DNA of 48,502 bases from Escherichia phage Lambda. Shown here piece by piece: positions 44,781-48,502 of the stretch. The stretch lies in sequence record NC_001416.1, one strand, 5' to 3'. Both the position numbers and the translations under genes were made by a program. Position 1 is the first letter of the stretch; every line of letters begins with the position of its first letter. Below the pieces are notes generated by a model, which was given only the letters and a program-made list of their open reading frames with translations, did not search any database and was not told where the DNA came from.

Positions 44781-45185
44781 TATCTGCACAACAGGTAAGA
44801 GCATTGAGTCGATAATCGTGAAGAGTCGGCGAGCCTGGTTAGCCAGTGCTCTTTCCGTTGTGCTGAATTAAGCGAATACCGGAAGCAGAACCGGATCACC
44901 AAATGCGTACAGGCGTCATCGCCGCCCAGCAACAGCACAACCCAAACTGAGCCGTAGCCACTGTCTGTCCTGAATTCATTAGTAATAGTTACGCTGCGGC
45001 CTTTTACACATGACCTTCGTGAAAGCGGGTGGCAGGAGGTCGCGCTAACAACCTCCTGCCGTTTTGCCCGTGCATATCGGTCACGAACAAATCTGATTAC
45101 TAAACACAGTAGCCTGGATTTGTTCTATCAGTAATCGACCTTATTCCTAATTAAATAGAGCAAATCCCCTTATTGGGGGTAAGAC

Positions 45186-45509
45186 ATGAAGATGCCAGAA
45201 AAACATGACCTGTTGGCCGCCATTCTCGCGGCAAAGGAACAAGGCATCGGGGCAATCCTTGCGTTTGCAATGGCGTACCTTCGCGGCAGATATAATGGCG
45301 GTGCGTTTACAAAAACAGTAATCGACGCAACGATGTGCGCCATTATCGCCTGGTTCATTCGTGACCTTCTCGACTTCGCCGGACTAAGTAGCAATCTCGC
45401 TTATATAACGAGCGTGTTTATCGGCTACATCGGTACTGACTCGATTGGTTCGCTTATCAAACGCTTCGCTGCTAAAAAAGCCGGAGTAGAAGATGGTAGA
45501 AATCAATAA
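45186..45509 (+). CDS. S: Holin/antiholin S (S107 from ATG 45186, S105 from ATG 45192)
   Basis: ORF track 45186..45509 (107 aa); MKM dual start. Confidence 0.96.
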   Translation: MKMPEKHDLLAAILAAKEQGIGAILAFAMAYLRGRYNGGAFTKTVIDATMCAIIAWFIRDLLDFAGLSSNLAYITSVFIGYIGTDSIGSLIKRFAAKKAGVEDGRNQ

Positions 45510-45969
45510 TCAACGTAAGGCGTTCCTCGATATGCTGGCGTGGTCGGAGGGAACTGATAACGGACGTCAGAAAACCAGAAATCATGGTTATGACGTCATT
45601 GTAGGCGGAGAGCTATTTACTGATTACTCCGATCACCCTCGCAAACTTGTCACGCTAAACCCAAAACTCAAATCAACAGGCGCCGGACGCTACCAGCTTC
45701 TTTCCCGTTGGTGGGATGCCTACCGCAAGCAGCTTGGCCTGAAAGACTTCTCTCCGAAAAGTCAGGACGCTGTGGCATTGCAGCAGATTAAGGAGCGTGG
45801 CGCTTTACCTATGATTGATCGTGGTGATATCCGTCAGGCAATCGACCGTTGCAGCAATATCTGGGCTTCACTGCCGGGCGCTGGTTATGGTCAGTTCGAG
45901 CATAAGGCTGACAGCCTGATTGCAAAATTCAAAGAAGCGGGCGGAACGGTCAGAGAGATTGATGTATGA
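45493..45969 (+). CDS. R: Endolysin R (lytic transglycosylase)
   Basis: ORF track 45493..45969 (158 aa). Confidence 0.96.
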   Translation: MVEINNQRKAFLDMLAWSEGTDNGRQKTRNHGYDVIVGGELFTDYSDHPRKLVTLNPKLKSTGAGRYQLLSRWWDAYRKQLGLKDFSPKSQDAVALQQIKERGALPMIDRGDIRQAIDRCSNIWASLPGAGYGQFEHKADSLIAKFKEAGGTVREIDV

Positions 45970-46427
45970 GCAGAGTCACCGCGATTATCTCCGCTCTGGT
46001 TATCTGCATCATCGTCTGCCTGTCATGGGCTGTTAATCATTACCGTGATAACGCCATTACCTACAAAGCCCAGCGCGACAAAAATGCCAGAGAACTGAAG
46101 CTGGCGAACGCGGCAATTACTGACATGCAGATGCGTCAGCGTGATGTTGCTGCGCTCGATGCAAAATACACGAAGGAGTTAGCTGATGCTAAAGCTGAAA
46201 ATGATGCTCTGCGTGATGATGTTGCCGCTGGTCGTCGTCGGTTGCACATCAAAGCAGTCTGTCAGTCAGTGCGTGAAGCCACCACCGCCTCCGGCGTGGA
46301 TAATGCAGCCTCCCCCCGACTGGCAGACACCGCTGAACGGGATTATTTCACCCTCAGAGAGAGGCTGATCACTATGCAAAAACAACTGGAAGGAACCCAG
46401 AAGTATATTAATGAGCAGTGCAGATAG
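45966..46427 (+). CDS. Rz: Rz, inner-membrane spanin subunit
   Basis: ORF track 45966..46427 (153 aa); N-terminal TM segment. Confidence 0.95.
   Translation: MSRVTAIISALVICIIVCLSWAVNHYRDNAITYKAQRDKNARELKLANAAITDMQMRQRDVAALDAKYTKELADAKAENDALRDDVAAGRRRLHIKAVCQSVREATTASGVDNAASPRLADTAERDYFTLRERLITMQKQLEGTQKYINEQCR
46186..46368 (+). CDS. Rz1: Rz1, outer-membrane lipoprotein spanin subunit, embedded in Rz in the +1 frame
   Basis: ORF track 46186..46368 (60 aa); lipobox LVVVGC; Pro-rich. Confidence 0.92.
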   Translation: MLKLKMMLCVMMLPLVVVGCTSKQSVSQCVKPPPPPAWIMQPPPDWQTPLNGIISPSERG

Positions 46428-46451
46428 AGTTGCCCATATCGATGGGCAACT
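46428..46451. terminator. Hairpin between convergent Rz and bor (possible bidirectional terminator)
   Basis: gttgccca tatcga tgggcaac inverted repeat read by eye. Confidence 0.45.
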
Positions 46452-46458
46452 CATGCAA

Positions 46459-46752
46459 TTATTGTGAGCAATACACACGCGCTTCCAGCGGAGTATAAAT
46501 GCCTAAAGTAATAAAACCGAGCAATCCATTTACGAATGTTTGCTGGGTTTCTGTTTTAACAACATTTTCTGCGCCGCCACAAATTTTGGCTGCATCGACA
46601 GTTTTCTTCTGCCCAATTCCAGAAACGAAGAAATGATGGGTGATGGTTTCCTTTGGTGCTACTGCTGCCGGTTTGTTTTGAACAGTAAACGTCTGTTGAG
46701 CACATCCTGTAATAAGCAGGGCCAGCGCAGTAGCGAGTAGCATTTTTTTCAT
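46459..46752 (-). CDS. bor: Bor, outer-membrane lipoprotein (serum-resistance moron)
   Basis: ORF track 46459..46752 (97 aa); lipobox LLITGC. Confidence 0.93.
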   Translation of the reverse strand: MKKMLLATALALLITGCAQQTFTVQNKPAAVAPKETITHHFFVSGIGQKKTVDAAKICGGAENVVKTETQQTFVNGLLGFITLGIYTPLEARVYCSQ

Positions 46753-47041
46753 GGTGTTATTCCCGATGCTTTTTGAAGTTCGCAGAATCGTATGTGTAGA
46801 AAATTAAACAAACCCTAAACAATGAGTTGAAATTTCATATTGTTAATATTTATTAATGTATGTCAGGTGCGATGAATCGTCATTGTATTCCCGGATTAAC
46901 TATGTCCACAGCCCTGACGGGGAACTTCTCTGCGGGAGTGTCCGGGAATAATTAAAACGATGCACACAGGGTTTAGCGCGTACACGTATTGCATTATGCC
47001 AACGCCCCGGTGCTGACACGGAAGAAACCGGACGTTATGAT

Positions 47042-47575
47042 TTAGCGTGGAAAGATTTGTGTAGTGTTCTGAATGCTCTCAGTAAATAGTAATGAATTAT
47101 CAAAGGTATAGTAATATCTTTTATGTTCATGGATATTTGTAACCCATCGGAAAACTCCTGCTTTAGCAAGATTTTCCCTGTATTGCTGAAATGTGATTTC
47201 TCTTGATTTCAACCTATCATAGGACGTTTCTATAAGATGCGTGTTTCTTGAGAATTTAACATTTACAACCTTTTTAAGTCCTTTTATTAACACGGTGTTA
47301 TCGTTTTCTAACACGATGTGAATATTATCTGTGGCTAGATAGTAAATATAATGTGAGACGTTGTGACGTTTTAGTTCAGAATAAAACAATTCACAGTCTA
47401 AATCTTTTCGCACTTGATCGAATATTTCTTTAAAAATGGCAACCTGAGCCATTGGTAAAACCTTCCATGTGATACGAGGGCGCGTAGTTTGCATTATCGT
47501 TTTTATCGTTTCAATCTGGTCTGACCTCCTTGTGTTTTGTTGATGATTTATGTCAAATATTAGGAATGTTTTCAC
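47042..47575 (-). CDS. Hypothetical protein (177 aa), AT-rich right-end accessory gene
   Basis: ORF track 47042..47575; no motif recognised. Confidence 0.7.
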   Translation of the reverse strand: MKTFLIFDINHQQNTRRSDQIETIKTIMQTTRPRITWKVLPMAQVAIFKEIFDQVRKDLDCELFYSELKRHNVSHYIYYLATDNIHIVLENDNTVLIKGLKKVVNVKFSRNTHLIETSYDRLKSREITFQQYRENLAKAGVFRWVTNIHEHKRYYYTFDNSLLFTESIQNTTQIFPR

Positions 47576-47737
47576 TTAATAGTATTGGTTGCGTAACAAA
47601 GTGCGGTCCTGCTGGCATTCTGGAGGGAAATACAACCGACAGATGTATGTAAGGCCAACGTGCTCAAATCTTCATACAGAAAGATTTGAAGTAATATTTT
47701 AACCGCTAGATGAAGAGCAAGCGCATGGAGCGACAAA

Positions 47738-47944
47738 ATGAATAAAGAACAATCTGCTGATGATCCCTCCGTGGATCTGATTCGTGTAAAAAATATGCTT
47801 AATAGCACCATTTCTATGAGTTACCCTGATGTTGTAATTGCATGTATAGAACATAAGGTGTCTCTGGAAGCATTCAGAGCAATTGAGGCAGCGTTGGTGA
47901 AGCACGATAATAATATGAAGGATTATTCCCTGGTGGTTGACTGA
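47738..47944 (+). CDS. Hypothetical small protein (68 aa), divergent from the 47042..47575 ORF
   Basis: ORF track 47738..47944; coding status uncertain. Confidence 0.4.
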
Positions 47945-48108
47945 TCACCATAACTGCTAATCATTCAAACTATTTAGTCTGTGACAGAGCCAACACGCAG
48001 TCTGTCACTGTCAGGAAAGTGGTAAAACTGCAACTCAATTACTGCAATGCCCTCGTAATTAAGTGAATTTACAATATCGTCCTGTTCGGAGGGAAGAACG
48101 CGGGATGT

Positions 48109-48303
48109 TCATTCTTCATCACTTTTAATTGATGTATATGCTCTCTTTTCTGACGTTAGTCTCCGACGGCAGGCTTCAATGACCCAGGCTGAGAAATTCC
48201 CGGACCCTTTTTGCTCAAGAGCGATGTTAATTTGTTCAATCATTTGGTTAGGAAAGCGGATGTTGCGGGTTGTTGTTCTGCGGGTTCTGTTCTTCGTTGA
48301 CAT
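48109..48303 (-). CDS. Hypothetical ribbon-helix-helix (Arc/MetJ-like) small protein
   Basis: ORF track 48109..48303 (64 aa); NIRFPNQMIEQINIALEQKGSGNFSAWVIEACRRRL resembles the Arc/CopG RHH pattern. Confidence 0.45.
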   Translation of the reverse strand: MSTKNRTRRTTTRNIRFPNQMIEQINIALEQKGSGNFSAWVIEACRRRLTSEKRAYTSIKSDEE

Positions 48304-48502
48304 GAGGTTGCCCCGTATTCAGTGTCGCTGATTTGTATTGTCTGAAGTTGTTTTTACGTTAAGTTGATGCAGATCAATTAATACGATACCTGCGTCATAA
48401 TTGATTATTTGACGTGGTTTGATGGCCTCCACGCACGTTGTGATATGTAGATGATAATCATTATCACTTTACGGGTCCTTTCCGGTGATCCGACAGGTTA
48501 CG

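Noticed and set aside
44621-44815. 64-aa plus-strand ORF (orf-64) downstream of pR'
   Set aside because: Overlaps the 6S transcript and the tR' terminator hairpin; more likely non-coding leader than a protein gene.

Overview
This window is a complete 48,502-bp lambdoid phage genome in linear virion form, which I recognise as Enterobacteria phage lambda (reference PaPa-type sequence). Evidence: the 5' end gggcggcgacct (left cohesive end), the exact length, and the canonical gene order read from the ORF translations: terminase/head genes (nu1-A-W-B-C/nu3-D-E-FI-FII), tail genes (Z-U-V-G/G-T-H-M-L-K-I-J), lom-stf-tfa, the AT-rich b region (ea47, ea31, ea59), attP-int-xis, the pL operon (ea8.5 ... 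exo-bet-gam-kil-cIII ... N), immunity region (rexB-rexA-cI / cro-cII), replication (O with ori iterons, P), nin region, Q, lysis cassette (S-R-Rz/Rz1) and bor. Coordinates come from the supplied ORF track, with starts trimmed where I recognise the N-terminus; regulatory-site coordinates were read by eye and may be off by a few bp. No searches or computations were run. The main hunt candidate is the b-region pair ea59-ea31: an ABC/SMC-type ATPase translationally coupled to an HNH nuclease, the architecture of Septu-like anti-phage defence modules, with no established role in lambda to my knowledge. Other points worth a second look: the JAB/JAMM domain of tail gene K appears split across two reading frames (14133-14363 and 14276-14875); a ribbon-helix-helix-like ORF with a nearby dyad lies just inside the right cos end (48109-48303); stf is split by a frameshift; orf73 is TraR/DksA-like; NinC carries a PP-loop motif.
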